From positions 1 through 53,457 of the IMG/VR virus record IMGVR_UViG_3300040770_000286: 53,457 bases of DNA, one strand, 5' to 3'. This DNA is from a virus (lineage: Duplodnaviria; Caudoviricetes). Below are positions 28,312 through 38,087 of the stretch, in pieces (position 1 is the first letter of the stretch; each line of letters starts with the position of its first letter). Both the position numbers and the translations under genes were made by a program. The notes beneath the pieces were generated by a model that searched no databases, had not been told where the DNA came from, and saw nothing but the letters and a program-made list of their open reading frames with translations.

Positions 28312-29466
28312 TTATTTTGTTGTTTCAACTAATTTAGTTTTATTTTCTTCTAGACTTAGCATTGCTTTTTTAAACTCAACTTTTCTATTTTCAACTAATC
28401 CGAAATACACTTCACTTAGAATAGCTTTTTGTTTCTCACTTGAGTATGCACCTTTATCATTTTCCATAATATCAAGTAATTCACTAGGAAGATTATCCTC
28501 TAACCATACTTTCATATAGGTAGCCATTAATTCTGGAATATTAATTGTTGTGTTAGTCCAAACACCATTATTTTTAATCGATACATTTCCTTCACTATCA
28601 ACAGATTCCATCCATTCTGGAATCATATTTGGTATTTTACCAATAATTGGAGTACCAGACTCAATAGCCTCTAATGGGAAAGTTCCAAAACCAGAGGTAT
28701 CATCAACCCATACAGCTAAACAAGCTTTTCCTAACTCATCTGCAAACTGTTCTCTTGTAAGTCCTCTTAACTCTTTAAACGTAACCCATTTATAGATTGG
28801 GTATTGTAAATAAAACGCTTTAGCCAATTTTGCAGCATCACCTTGGTTTCTAGTGTGAATAGCAATGATTGGTAATTTAGGTTTCTCGCTAGGTTTGAAG
28901 TAGCTTGGGATTGAAACTGGTACAACATGGGTGTTAATTGAAGGGAATAAAGTACTTAAGTATTGCGCTTGTTTTACACTAGTTGTAATAACATCATTGA
29001 ATCCGAAATCAACATTCCATCTTTTACCAATAGGTAACAACTCAAACAAGTAGTCATAACTTTGTGATAAAACAATTTTTTTACAAGGGAATTGTTTAAC
29101 TTGCTCCATAATATTTGCAAAAATTTCTGGAATGATAATAAAATCAGCTGGGCTAACATTTAAATCTTGTTTCTCAATCGAAACGTGTTTTAATTCACCA
29201 TACTCAGCACCTAACCAATCAGCAACACCATTACCGTTTTCGTCACCATTAATTTTATAATCATTTTTTTCATGAAGAATACTTGCAGAGTAACCTAACT
29301 CAGTCAGTAATTTAACGTGTTCATATATGTTTGCAACACCAGCTGCTGGATTACCTTTGGTATCCAAGGTGAAAAAGTAGATATTAAAATCTTTATTATC
29401 TAGTTTTTCAAGCACTGACTTAACTTGTGCCAATTGTTCCTCTATTTGTTGTTTTTTTTCTTCCAT
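28312..29466 (-). CDS. Glycosyltransferase, GT-B fold (GT4-like)
   Basis: PAAGVANIYEH, DFIIIPE and GFGTFPLEAIESGTPIIG motifs. Confidence 0.75.
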   Translation of the reverse strand: MEEKKQQIEEQLAQVKSVLEKLDNKDFNIYFFTLDTKGNPAAGVANIYEHVKLLTELGYSASILHEKNDYKINGDENGNGVADWLGAEYGELKHVSIEKQDLNVSPADFIIIPEIFANIMEQVKQFPCKKIVLSQSYDYLFELLPIGKRWNVDFGFNDVITTSVKQAQYLSTLFPSINTHVVPVSIPSYFKPSEKPKLPIIAIHTRNQGDAAKLAKAFYLQYPIYKWVTFKELRGLTREQFADELGKACLAVWVDDTSGFGTFPLEAIESGTPIIGKIPNMIPEWMESVDSEGNVSIKNNGVWTNTTINIPELMATYMKVWLEDNLPSELLDIMENDKGAYSSEKQKAILSEVYFGLVENRKVEFKKAMLSLEENKTKLVETTK

Positions 29467-29515
29467 TTTTTTTATATTTTATATTCGTTTGTTAGTGGTT
29501 ATATACCGTAACTAT

Positions 29516-29860
29516 TTATTCTTTTTCTTTTAAAACGCCACACTCAATTAGAGTGTTAAAAGCTATTTTAAATGAAAAACTTGTTTTACTTAAAGCTCTA
29601 TCAGAACCTAATGATTCTTCCATTTCATCCTCATTATCGATTATTTTTTCTAACATTAACCTAAGAACATCATATTTTGGAATATTTATTTCTCTATCTT
29701 TATCAGACGTATAAGTTATGTCAGTTGTTTTCTCAAGGTATCCCTCTTTAATTTGTTCTCTTTTTTCAGTTGTGACAAAATTTTCCTTAGTCTCCAACAA
29801 AATTAAATTATTAAATGCATCTAAGTCAATGTAATATAATGTACCAGCAAATTCTATCAT
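29516..29860 (-). CDS. Hypothetical phage protein
   Basis: 114-aa ORF ending FKIAFNTLIECGVLKE. Confidence 0.65.
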   Translation of the reverse strand: MIEFAGTLYYIDLDAFNNLILLETKENFVTTEKREQIKEGYLEKTTDITYTSDKDREINIPKYDVLRLMLEKIIDNEDEMEESLGSDRALSKTSFSFKIAFNTLIECGVLKEKE

Positions 29861-29862
29861 AA

Positions 29863-30471
29863 TTAGTTTATTTCAGTGTAAGTTATTATCTTTGTTTTTA
29901 ATATTTTCTCCCTAAGTGACTCATCTTTAATAAATTCCTCGATAGAGTCAATAGTGTAGTCAGCAGCCACATCTTTATTATATGATGCGTTCACCTTAAC
30001 ACTAATTTTACCAGTTGGTTTTGCATTTAATGCCTCTGGATTAGCAGTGATTAAGATATCAATACCTTCCCATTCCTCAGCACCAGTTCTAACATATCTA
30101 ATATCTGTCATTTTACAACCAGTTTTAGATAAAAAGAAGTTAGTTGCTGGAATACCTTTATCAATTTCTTTAGATACAAGTATTAACTTGTGCTCACCAA
30201 AATCTTTAGTATCCATAATGAACATGTTTAATTTATTCATTAAGTTATCCGACATTTGGTCAGCATGACCAAAAATCTCAAGAGGTGCTTCTAAGTATAA
30301 AAATGAGTTAAGTTTGTTTATATCATCAAATTTAAAAAATTCAATTAAATTTAAACTAGTTACATCACCCTCAGTAATCGCACAGTCCTCATCAATATAT
30401 TTCGTGTAGGTATACGTTAATTGACCAATAAAATCCCTTAACACCTCGTTTATTCCTATTCCTATTTTCAT
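29863..30471 (-). CDS. HAD/5'(3')-deoxyribonucleotidase-like protein with a degenerate motif I
   Basis: MKIGIGINEVLRDF aligns with the IxxDxDGVLxDF motif of the NT5C family but lacks both Asp residues. Confidence 0.55.
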   Translation of the reverse strand: MKIGIGINEVLRDFIGQLTYTYTKYIDEDCAITEGDVTSLNLIEFFKFDDINKLNSFLYLEAPLEIFGHADQMSDNLMNKLNMFIMDTKDFGEHKLILVSKEIDKGIPATNFFLSKTGCKMTDIRYVRTGAEEWEGIDILITANPEALNAKPTGKISVKVNASYNKDVAADYTIDSIEEFIKDESLREKILKTKIITYTEIN

Positions 30472-30509
30472 ATTACCAAGTTAGTTGTTATCATGGATAA
30501 GTAAAGTTA

Positions 30510-31370
30510 TTAGCTAAAAAGATTTTTAAGTTTACTTAAAAAAGTTACTTTATTAGGTGTTATTAGTCTAGGTCTATCAATTGCTTTAGTAACTGGTTCC
30601 TCACGTTTATAATTCGCTAGTATTTTAGTAATTATTTTATTTCTAACAATATCTTCATTACCAAACACAACCATACCAATCTCATCAATATTTGTGTGTT
30701 TTATAGTAGCATCGTATAACCCACTTTGATGGTAATGTCTAAATCTATCGGATTGGTCTAAATCGCCAGAAATAATGAATTTGCTATTATCACCAATACG
30801 AGTTAAAAGTGTCTTCATTTGATTTGGACTCATGTTTTGGGCTTCTTCCATTAACAAAATTGTATTGTCAATTGATTTACCTCTGATATACGCTAATGGT
30901 TGTACTTCTAAGACACCCAATTCCTCTAATTTAAGCCTATTAACTTTCCCAATTAATTTATCAAAGATATCTAAGGATGATGCAATAAATGGGTCCATCT
31001 TTTCTCGCATATCACCAGGTAAAAATCCATGGTTTTCCTCTGCTTCTACAGCTGGTTTTGAAATGATTATTTTTGAGTAAGGATTTGCAGTGTTTCTAAT
31101 TAACTCAAGTGCTCTGGCAATCATAATATATGATTTACCAACACCAGCTGGTCCAACGGCAATCGTTATTTCTTTTTCGTTAATTAAATTAATTAATAAT
31201 TTTTGTGTTTTATTTTTACACTTTAACTCTTCACGCATGTGAAGGATTGCGTTTAAATCAACACCTACTTTAGGTTTAGGTGCGGCTAAGATTGAATCAT
31301 CATTCTTTTTAGTTCTAGTACTTTTAACCGCACTTGTTTTGGTAACAGTACTTGCTTTAGCTTTTGTCAT
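30510..31370 (-). CDS. phoH: PhoH-family ATPase
   Basis: GPAGVGKS, GFLPGD, LAYIRG, EEAQN, TRIG, GDLDQSD and DIVR motifs. Confidence 0.95.
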   Translation of the reverse strand: MTKAKASTVTKTSAVKSTRTKKNDDSILAAPKPKVGVDLNAILHMREELKCKNKTQKLLINLINEKEITIAVGPAGVGKSYIMIARALELIRNTANPYSKIIISKPAVEAEENHGFLPGDMREKMDPFIASSLDIFDKLIGKVNRLKLEELGVLEVQPLAYIRGKSIDNTILLMEEAQNMSPNQMKTLLTRIGDNSKFIISGDLDQSDRFRHYHQSGLYDATIKHTNIDEIGMVVFGNEDIVRNKIITKILANYKREEPVTKAIDRPRLITPNKVTFLSKLKNLFS

Positions 31371-31380
31371 TTACGTTTAT

Positions 31381-32391
31381 TTATTTTCTTAATCGTTCCC
31401 TTATTATTTCATCCCAACTATCAACCATATCATCCATTAACGTTTCAAAAGTGTATTCTGGAACCCAACCTAATTGTTCTCTAATTTTAGTTGAATCGCC
31501 CTTTAAATATTTAAGCTCTTCTGGTCGCATGAATTTCTCATTTTGTGTCACATACTTTTTGTAGTCTAAACCTAATCTAGTAAACACATACTCAACCATT
31601 TCTCTAACAGAGTGTGTTGTCATGGTAGATACTACGAAATCATCTGGAACGTCATTATTGATTATTAAATGCATAGCTTTAACATAATCTCTAGAATGAC
31701 CCCAATCTCTATATGAATCCATGTTACCTAACTCTAACTTATCAGTTAAACCATATTTAATCTCAACAGCTGTTTTAACGACCTTGTTGGTAACAAAATT
31801 AGATGCCCTTCTTGGTGACTCATGATTGAATAATATTCCGTTAGAAGCATGTAATTTGTAAGCATTTCGATAGTTCCTAACAATGTTGTAACCAAATACT
31901 TTAGAACACCCATAAGGACTTACTGGTGTCATATTAGTTGTTTCTCTTTGGAACCCATCAGCATCAACAGAGTTACCAAACATTTCAGATGAACTAGCTT
32001 GATAGAATCTTGCGGTAGGGCATGCTCGTCTGTATGCCTCTAAGATGTTCAAAACACCGATTGCGTTACTCTGAACCGTAAATTGTGGGATATCGAAACT
32101 AATCCTAACATGGCTTTGTGCTGCTAGATTATAGATTTCATCTGGTTGTATATCACTTATCAATCTTTCTAAACTACCTTGGTCTAATAAATCACCATAG
32201 TATATGTTTAAATTTTCTCTAGTCTCATCACTTAACCTACTTTGTTGACTCTCAGATACTGAGTTCCTTCGTATAATACCGTGAACATCATACCCTAAGT
32301 ATAGTAAATACTCGGCAAGATATGACCCATCTTGACCATTAATACCAGTAATAAACGCTTTACGTCCAACGTATTTATTTTTTTCTTCCAT
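31381..32391 (-). CDS. gmd: GDP-mannose 4,6-dehydratase
   Basis: ITGINGQDGSYLAE, NLAAQSHV, YQASSSEMFG, SPYGCSK, GILFNHESPRR and RDWGH motifs. Confidence 0.95.
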   Translation of the reverse strand: MEEKNKYVGRKAFITGINGQDGSYLAEYLLYLGYDVHGIIRRNSVSESQQSRLSDETRENLNIYYGDLLDQGSLERLISDIQPDEIYNLAAQSHVRISFDIPQFTVQSNAIGVLNILEAYRRACPTARFYQASSSEMFGNSVDADGFQRETTNMTPVSPYGCSKVFGYNIVRNYRNAYKLHASNGILFNHESPRRASNFVTNKVVKTAVEIKYGLTDKLELGNMDSYRDWGHSRDYVKAMHLIINNDVPDDFVVSTMTTHSVREMVEYVFTRLGLDYKKYVTQNEKFMRPEELKYLKGDSTKIREQLGWVPEYTFETLMDDMVDSWDEIIRERLRK

Positions 32392-32442
32392 ATTTTGTTT
32401 TTATATTATAATATTAATTCTTTTTATTTATAAAGTCAATGA

Positions 32443-33153
32443 TTAAATCCATTTTGTAACATCTACATAAGTAGTATGATTACCAGTATCTTCATTCACT
32501 TCTGGTATTTTGTCCATAAGAATAATTCCTCTAGCAGCATCTTCTGGGGTCATATACATATGATAACCAAGCATTTTTACATGGTCGATATCAGTATATG
32601 GCGTATTTAAATCACGACCATCATATGAAGCCATTTTTAACCAGTTATACGCTTCCTCACTATCGGTTAAAATAATACCACCCTTACCAATTGGTATCCT
32701 TTTTTTTATTTGGAAAGATACAACCTGTAACGCATCTAAACCAACATACATATCTTTTGTCCATCTTACAGCACCATCCCACACTCTAGTTGGTTTTAAT
32801 TGATACACTCCAGACCATTCTAAGTCCTCACACTCAACTTTATTACCAGCATGTATGATTTGCATAGGTGCTGACACATAAGTCATCTTAGGTATCGTTA
32901 TAATCGATTCCTTTTCTAATTCATTTATACTCTGTAAGTATTTCATTGATAAGAATAGACCGTTTGAACAACAATCTACACTAACAGCAAATTTTGAACC
33001 AGCAAAAGCAGCCACTTTTTTTTCAAACATATCGATAACGTCTCTTGGGTCGGACCAATTGTACCCTAATTCTTTAATTATATTTAATTCTTGTCTTTGT
33101 AGTTCTTTTGGGACTTGACCTAACGGCCAACTACTGTAATTAGTTTTTTCCAT
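32443..33153 (-). CDS. DegT/DnrJ/EryC1/StrS-family PLP sugar aminotransferase (short form)
   Basis: FEKKVAAFAG..AVSVDCCSNGL and SFQIKKRIPIGKGGIILTD. Only 236 aa. Confidence 0.8.
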   Translation of the reverse strand: MEKTNYSSWPLGQVPKELQRQELNIIKELGYNWSDPRDVIDMFEKKVAAFAGSKFAVSVDCCSNGLFLSMKYLQSINELEKESIITIPKMTYVSAPMQIIHAGNKVECEDLEWSGVYQLKPTRVWDGAVRWTKDMYVGLDALQVVSFQIKKRIPIGKGGIILTDSEEAYNWLKMASYDGRDLNTPYTDIDHVKMLGYHMYMTPEDAARGIILMDKIPEVNEDTGNHTTYVDVTKWI

Positions 33154-33154
33154 A

Positions 33155-33967
33155 TTATTTTATATAAGTTTCATAAATGTAATCTTCAGCGATTGGCATA
33201 TTAATAGCCGTTTGGTAATTATCGAGTATCGCATCTCGTTTGCTTAAATACAATTCTGGTGATAGGTCATCAATATTAAAATTATCATCTAACATTATTA
33301 TACCATCTGCATTAAAAACATCACCTATATACTCAGAACCATAATAAATTGGTATGGTACCTGTTGCGAAGCAATCAGTTATTTTCTCGCTGTAAGCAAT
33401 CGGATAAGTATGATTCTCCATTGTTATTGAGAAACAATAATCGTTCAATCCAATTTCTTTATTCTGAATTTCATTATACCCACGACCATAAAGGTCTAAC
33501 CTACTAGCATATTTTTTTATAACTTCTTGTCGGTAAACATGTTCAGCGCACATAACTTTATTGGATGCAATCATCGAGACTAGTTTTGTTTTATTATATA
33601 CACCAACATTTTTAACCCAATGTTTTGCACCACACATAACAAATTTAAATTTATTTGATAACGGTAGTAAGCTCGTATCGTGTGTGAAAATCAATTCAAA
33701 ATTTTCCTCAAGATACCTAACATTATCAACACACCACTTATATAAATTAAAATTTATTGTTTTAGATTCGGCCAACCAAGCATAATTTTGTTTAGTTTTA
33801 TCAATTACATAATTGGTAATCCCGTAATCAATATATATTGATATCGGGGACTCATTTGTTCCTTTTACCCATTCAATTTTTACTGGTTCATGACCAGCTG
33901 ATGAACAAATATCGTGATAAAAACCACCACCAAACATATTTATTTTTTGCCTATTCATTCCTATCAT
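33155..33967 (-). CDS. Glycosyltransferase family 10-like (alpha-1,3/4-fucosyltransferase)
   Basis: YCFSITMEN...YSEKITDCFATGTIPIYYG GT10 signature. Confidence 0.8.
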   Translation of the reverse strand: MIGMNRQKINMFGGGFYHDICSSAGHEPVKIEWVKGTNESPISIYIDYGITNYVIDKTKQNYAWLAESKTINFNLYKWCVDNVRYLEENFELIFTHDTSLLPLSNKFKFVMCGAKHWVKNVGVYNKTKLVSMIASNKVMCAEHVYRQEVIKKYASRLDLYGRGYNEIQNKEIGLNDYCFSITMENHTYPIAYSEKITDCFATGTIPIYYGSEYIGDVFNADGIIMLDDNFNIDDLSPELYLSKRDAILDNYQTAINMPIAEDYIYETYIK

Positions 33968-34490
33968 TTTCCTCTATTTCTTGACCATATTTAATGATAT
34001 TGTCTTTCTCACGTGCTTTAACAGGTCTTGCTGGCGTACCAACATAAACCATCCATGGTTCTGTTGATTTTGTTACTAGAGAACCAGCACCAATTACGGA
34101 ACCCTCAGCTATTGTTACGCCTGGCATTATAACACAGTTAACCCCAACACAAGCATATTTTTCAATTGTAATTGTGGTAAATTTTGGTTCTCTATATTTG
34201 AGAGGTACTTGAGGGTTCATCATTCCTTTTGTAAAATCATCTGAACCACAAATTATTTTACACCCAGCGGCAATACCGCTAAAATCTTCCATAACTAATT
34301 TAGACATTATACCACCTATAATAACTGTATATGGTGCTATATGTACGTAGTTACCAATAGTTGCTTCAGTTGATATGTAAACACCCACATCAATAGCTAC
34401 ATGATTACCAACCTCGACTAATTCTGGTCGTTTAATAACAGCTGTTTCCGCAACAAATAAATCAATCCCTTTTTGTTTAAATTCTAACAT
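33951..34490 (-). CDS. Left-handed beta-helix sugar acetyltransferase
   Basis: Hexapeptide repeats and VGVNCVIMPGVTIAEGSVIGAGSLVTK...GTPAR. Confidence 0.9.
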   Translation of the reverse strand: MLEFKQKGIDLFVAETAVIKRPELVEVGNHVAIDVGVYISTEATIGNYVHIAPYTVIIGGIMSKLVMEDFSGIAAGCKIICGSDDFTKGMMNPQVPLKYREPKFTTITIEKYACVGVNCVIMPGVTIAEGSVIGAGSLVTKSTEPWMVYVGTPARPVKAREKDNIIKYGQEIEENDRNE

Positions 34491-35134
34491 AACCCACCAC
34501 TTATATTAATGTTTTGACCTGTTATATATTCTGTCTCTATTAAGAAATCGACTGTTTGGTAAAGTTCTTGTATTGTACCCCATCTTTTTAAACCTATTGA
34601 ATTTTTTATTGGTTCAACTACATTTTCTGGTAACCTATGAGCCATTCCACCATCAAAATAACCTAATTGTAGACTATTACAAGTGATACCTTTAGATATG
34701 TTTTCAAGACTAACAGTTTTAACTAAGTTATCAATAAAAGCTTTACTGGCAGAATATAGTCCAGTTCCTAGTGTCGGTTTTTCAACCAAAACAGATGAAA
34801 TTAAGATTATTCTACCATATTTTTTTTCCCTCATTTTTTGTAACGCCTCAGCTAACAAATTAAGTGTTCCGTATATATTAATACCAACCAAGTCAGTTAT
34901 CTGTGGCCATTTTTTTTCAATATCAATTTTATGTATAAATGAGTCGTAGTTGTACCCAGATAAATTGATTAATATGTCAATATCATTTTCTGAAAAGAAT
35001 TTTGTAACTTTATCAATTTCTGTGATATCAACATCTTTTGACGATATAGAGACTACGTTATATTTTTGTTCTAATAGTGGTGCTAACTGGGTACCTAATC
35101 CACCAGAGCCACCAAATAATGCTATTGTTTTCAT
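34484..35134 (-). CDS. Short-chain dehydrogenase/reductase
   Basis: GGSGGLG Rossmann motif, ISS, YSASK and YITGQNINISGG. Confidence 0.9.
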   Translation of the reverse strand: MKTIALFGGSGGLGTQLAPLLEQKYNVVSISSKDVDITEIDKVTKFFSENDIDILINLSGYNYDSFIHKIDIEKKWPQITDLVGINIYGTLNLLAEALQKMREKKYGRIILISSVLVEKPTLGTGLYSASKAFIDNLVKTVSLENISKGITCNSLQLGYFDGGMAHRLPENVVEPIKNSIGLKRWGTIQELYQTVDFLIETEYITGQNINISGGLC

Positions 35135-35135
35135 A

Positions 35136-35555
35136 TTAACCTATATTTAAAAAAGTTTTATCTAATTTTTGACCCTCGTAAGGCCCTGTTTTATATTCAT
35201 AAACAATTGTATCATCTTCTAGTATTTTATATGTGTGACCACCGTACAATGTAAAACTAGCATCACCAGCCTCTAGTATTGGTGTGGCAATTTCTGTATC
35301 ATCAATATCATAGAATATACATTTAACACTACCCTTGATAACAACCCAAGATTCTTGAGCTATTTGCTCTTGATAGGTTCTTTCTTTTGTTATATGTTTG
35401 TGCGGTGGGAAAGTTTTACCTTTTTCCATTTTTAAGGTTGCGCATTGAATGAAATTATCTTCGGGTACTATTTCATTCCTACCTTCGATATCTTTTAACC
35501 TAACAATAATGTGTAGCAATTTATTTGGCTCCACTTTTGAGAATATTTTTTCCAT
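35136..35555 (-). CDS. Cupin-fold protein (WbuC-like sugar isomerase)
   Basis: PHKH, QESWVVIKG, GGH and EYKTGPY motifs. Confidence 0.75.
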   Translation of the reverse strand: MEKIFSKVEPNKLLHIIVRLKDIEGRNEIVPEDNFIQCATLKMEKGKTFPPHKHITKERTYQEQIAQESWVVIKGSVKCIFYDIDDTEIATPILEAGDASFTLYGGHTYKILEDDTIVYEYKTGPYEGQKLDKTFLNIG

Positions 35556-35561
35556 ATTAAT

Positions 35562-36362
35562 TTAAAGTTTAATCCAACTATCTGATAAAACATCAGATGA
35601 GTTAAAATCTATTGCTGGTCCGAACCATATTTTAGGCCCAATAACCGTTTTATTTTCATTTTTATTTAACCATGCTCCCCACCAAGAAAATGATGAGTTT
35701 GACATAATTGCATTATCACACATACTCATTAGGTATAAATCAATATAGTCTTTTTCATTTTCAATGTAAACCATATTATCAAATTTTAAATTTAATTTAC
35801 ACCATTCAATATCATCACTGAACACAACGAAAACATCAGTTTTATCGGATAGTAAACTAATTGCTTGGCGATAATACTCCAATGTTTGTATTGGGTGATG
35901 GTTTGGTAGTTTCAAATAATCACCACGTCTAACATGGATTGCTGTAGTCCTTTGGTTTAACAAGTTTGAATACTTTCGTTTAATCTTTGTAACAACACCA
36001 TCTGATATTTTAATAAAATCAAGTATTTCGGCCCTATTGTGGTTAAAATATTTTTCAGTCTGAAAAAAACCATTAATCATATATTCATCACTAGGTGTAT
36101 CAATTGCTTGGAATTCAAACGGATAATTAAATAGTGGTATTGTACCATTTGGTTCAGCAGTATTGAAATGCCCAAACATATCTTGATATTCAAAACTATG
36201 TTTAATCGATGGGTTATAGTAATTATCTGAATCAATTAAAAGGTATTGATTAATTAAATTAGGAAAACTACAATCAATACCTTTATCAATCGCAAATGAT
36301 TTCGTTGCAGCAATCTGGAATAACATATTACATAGACCGCCTTTTAAGTTACAATAAATCAT
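35562..36362 (-). CDS. Glycosyltransferase family 11 (alpha-1,2-fucosyltransferase-like)
   Basis: GGLCNMLFQ, GFFQTEKYF, HVRRGDY, FSDDIEWC and NSSFSWWGAWL motifs. Confidence 0.92.
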   Translation of the reverse strand: MIYCNLKGGLCNMLFQIAATKSFAIDKGIDCSFPNLINQYLLIDSDNYYNPSIKHSFEYQDMFGHFNTAEPNGTIPLFNYPFEFQAIDTPSDEYMINGFFQTEKYFNHNRAEILDFIKISDGVVTKIKRKYSNLLNQRTTAIHVRRGDYLKLPNHHPIQTLEYYRQAISLLSDKTDVFVVFSDDIEWCKLNLKFDNMVYIENEKDYIDLYLMSMCDNAIMSNSSFSWWGAWLNKNENKTVIGPKIWFGPAIDFNSSDVLSDSWIKL

Positions 36363-37137
36363 TTGATATCTTTTTATATCTAGCCCCATTAAGTTTGATA
36401 TAATTACCATACTTTATAGCATTATCAGCACTTTTATTATGTTCATTTGTTGGTAGTTCATTATTATATAGGTATAAATTTTCATCTAAAAAATAAGATT
36501 TTTCGTTACCACACATTTCAATAAATGGATATAAAAAAGCAGCATCCCCAGCCCACGTAAAAAAAGAATTAGGTACTAATGGGTCCATTAAATCTTTTTT
36601 ATCTAATAATTTAAACAAAAACGATTTAGATGTTCTGAAATGAGTGACAGACCAATAATTTCGACCAGAATATATTACATCGTCACTCGGTAGTGGTTTT
36701 GATTGACCAACGCTACCGTTAGTATTTTTATGTTGTGACCAAACTAACCATTTATCTTGTGTTTCATAAATTTCACACATTTTACTTACAGCTTTACCAC
36801 TCATCAATCTATCATCACCATCAACAACACCAATAATTGCGTTATCATTACTAACATGGTTAATGACACTATCATAAGTGTTCCCAATAGGGTAAAATTT
36901 TTCTTTATTTCTGATGAATAAAACATCTTTACCATTATATGTTGTTAAAGTTTTATCACCTTCAATACCTAAAAACCTACGAACTATATCATCAGTTCCA
37001 TCGGTTGACATATCATCTCTTATTATAACACCTAAATCACCATAATCTTGAGTTAAGATGGATGCTAAACATTCCTCAATCAAATCTTTAGCATTGTAAA
37101 GAGGAATAACTATCACGAATTTATTATTTAATTTCAT
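36349..37137 (-). CDS. Glycosyltransferase family 2
   Basis: IVIPLYNA, SILTQDY, DDMSTDGT and VDGDD motifs. Confidence 0.9.
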   Translation of the reverse strand: MKLNNKFVIVIPLYNAKDLIEECLASILTQDYGDLGVIIRDDMSTDGTDDIVRRFLGIEGDKTLTTYNGKDVLFIRNKEKFYPIGNTYDSVINHVSNDNAIIGVVDGDDRLMSGKAVSKMCEIYETQDKWLVWSQHKNTNGSVGQSKPLPSDDVIYSGRNYWSVTHFRTSKSFLFKLLDKKDLMDPLVPNSFFTWAGDAAFLYPFIEMCGNEKSYFLDENLYLYNNELPTNEHNKSADNAIKYGNYIKLNGARYKKISNDLL

Positions 37138-38087
37138 TTTTTTTCTTTTTTAGCGTATCTTTCATCCAAAGAATCTGATTTATATTTCTCAAAAATATCC
37201 GAACCGTTAACAACAATAGTTGCCTTAAATTTTATAACATAATTCCCATCAAAACTAACTATTTTATCAAACCCATCAACGTCATACTCATATGCTAAGA
37301 AATCTCTGGTACCCAAATCTTTATTTGAGACAAACATTACATTATTAACACTAGTTATACCTAATCTCCTTGGGTTTTCAATAGTTTTTTTTATTTCACT
37401 AATAAAGAATCTGCTAGTTCTAAAGTACTCATCTGGGTACGCACTAACATAAAATTCCAAAAGCCTCTCAGTTTCATTTATTTTTCTAATGTGAAGTCTT
37501 TTGGTAAAAGTTTCCAATTCAAATAAAGGTAAAGTATCATAACTAAGCATTAAAGGTGCTATTTCTTTATGCGTTGCTGAATATTCAGTTGATTTTATCT
37601 CACCATGTGAAGCACTAAGTATTTTACCATCAGCATCATAGTTAATAACTGACTTATCATAAAGAGATATACCCTCGTTACTCATCGCCTCAGAACTACT
37701 TATAGCTATTTTATTATTATAAATCACCATCTCTAACGGGTAATCATCAAATGGGTCTTGTTTGACTCTATCAATTTGTTTAGAGTTATTAGATTTGGTA
37801 GTGGTAGTGATTGCAACCCCATCATTATCATAACCAGTAATAGTTGTTCTTAAACCCTCAGCGGCTGTCAATATTTTATACGTTCTATGACGTAAATCGA
37901 TTACTTCTTGAGTTATCTCACCATTGATTAATGAGTCGGCTAATTGACCTTGAGAGTGTTTCCTAACTTGGTTTGGTGAATCGCTCAAACCATCACCAGC
38001 TTGACCAAAAGCATTTTTTTCAACATTACTAAAAGATAACGCTAACATACCAGCTTTAATCTGTAACCATTTTTTAATATCAACCAT
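37134..38087 (-). CDS. Hypothetical phage protein
   Basis: 317-aa ORF translationally coupled on both sides. Confidence 0.7.
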   Translation of the reverse strand: MVDIKKWLQIKAGMLALSFSNVEKNAFGQAGDGLSDSPNQVRKHSQGQLADSLINGEITQEVIDLRHRTYKILTAAEGLRTTITGYDNDGVAITTTTKSNNSKQIDRVKQDPFDDYPLEMVIYNNKIAISSSEAMSNEGISLYDKSVINYDADGKILSASHGEIKSTEYSATHKEIAPLMLSYDTLPLFELETFTKRLHIRKINETERLLEFYVSAYPDEYFRTSRFFISEIKKTIENPRRLGITSVNNVMFVSNKDLGTRDFLAYEYDVDGFDKIVSFDGNYVIKFKATIVVNGSDIFEKYKSDSLDERYAKKEKK

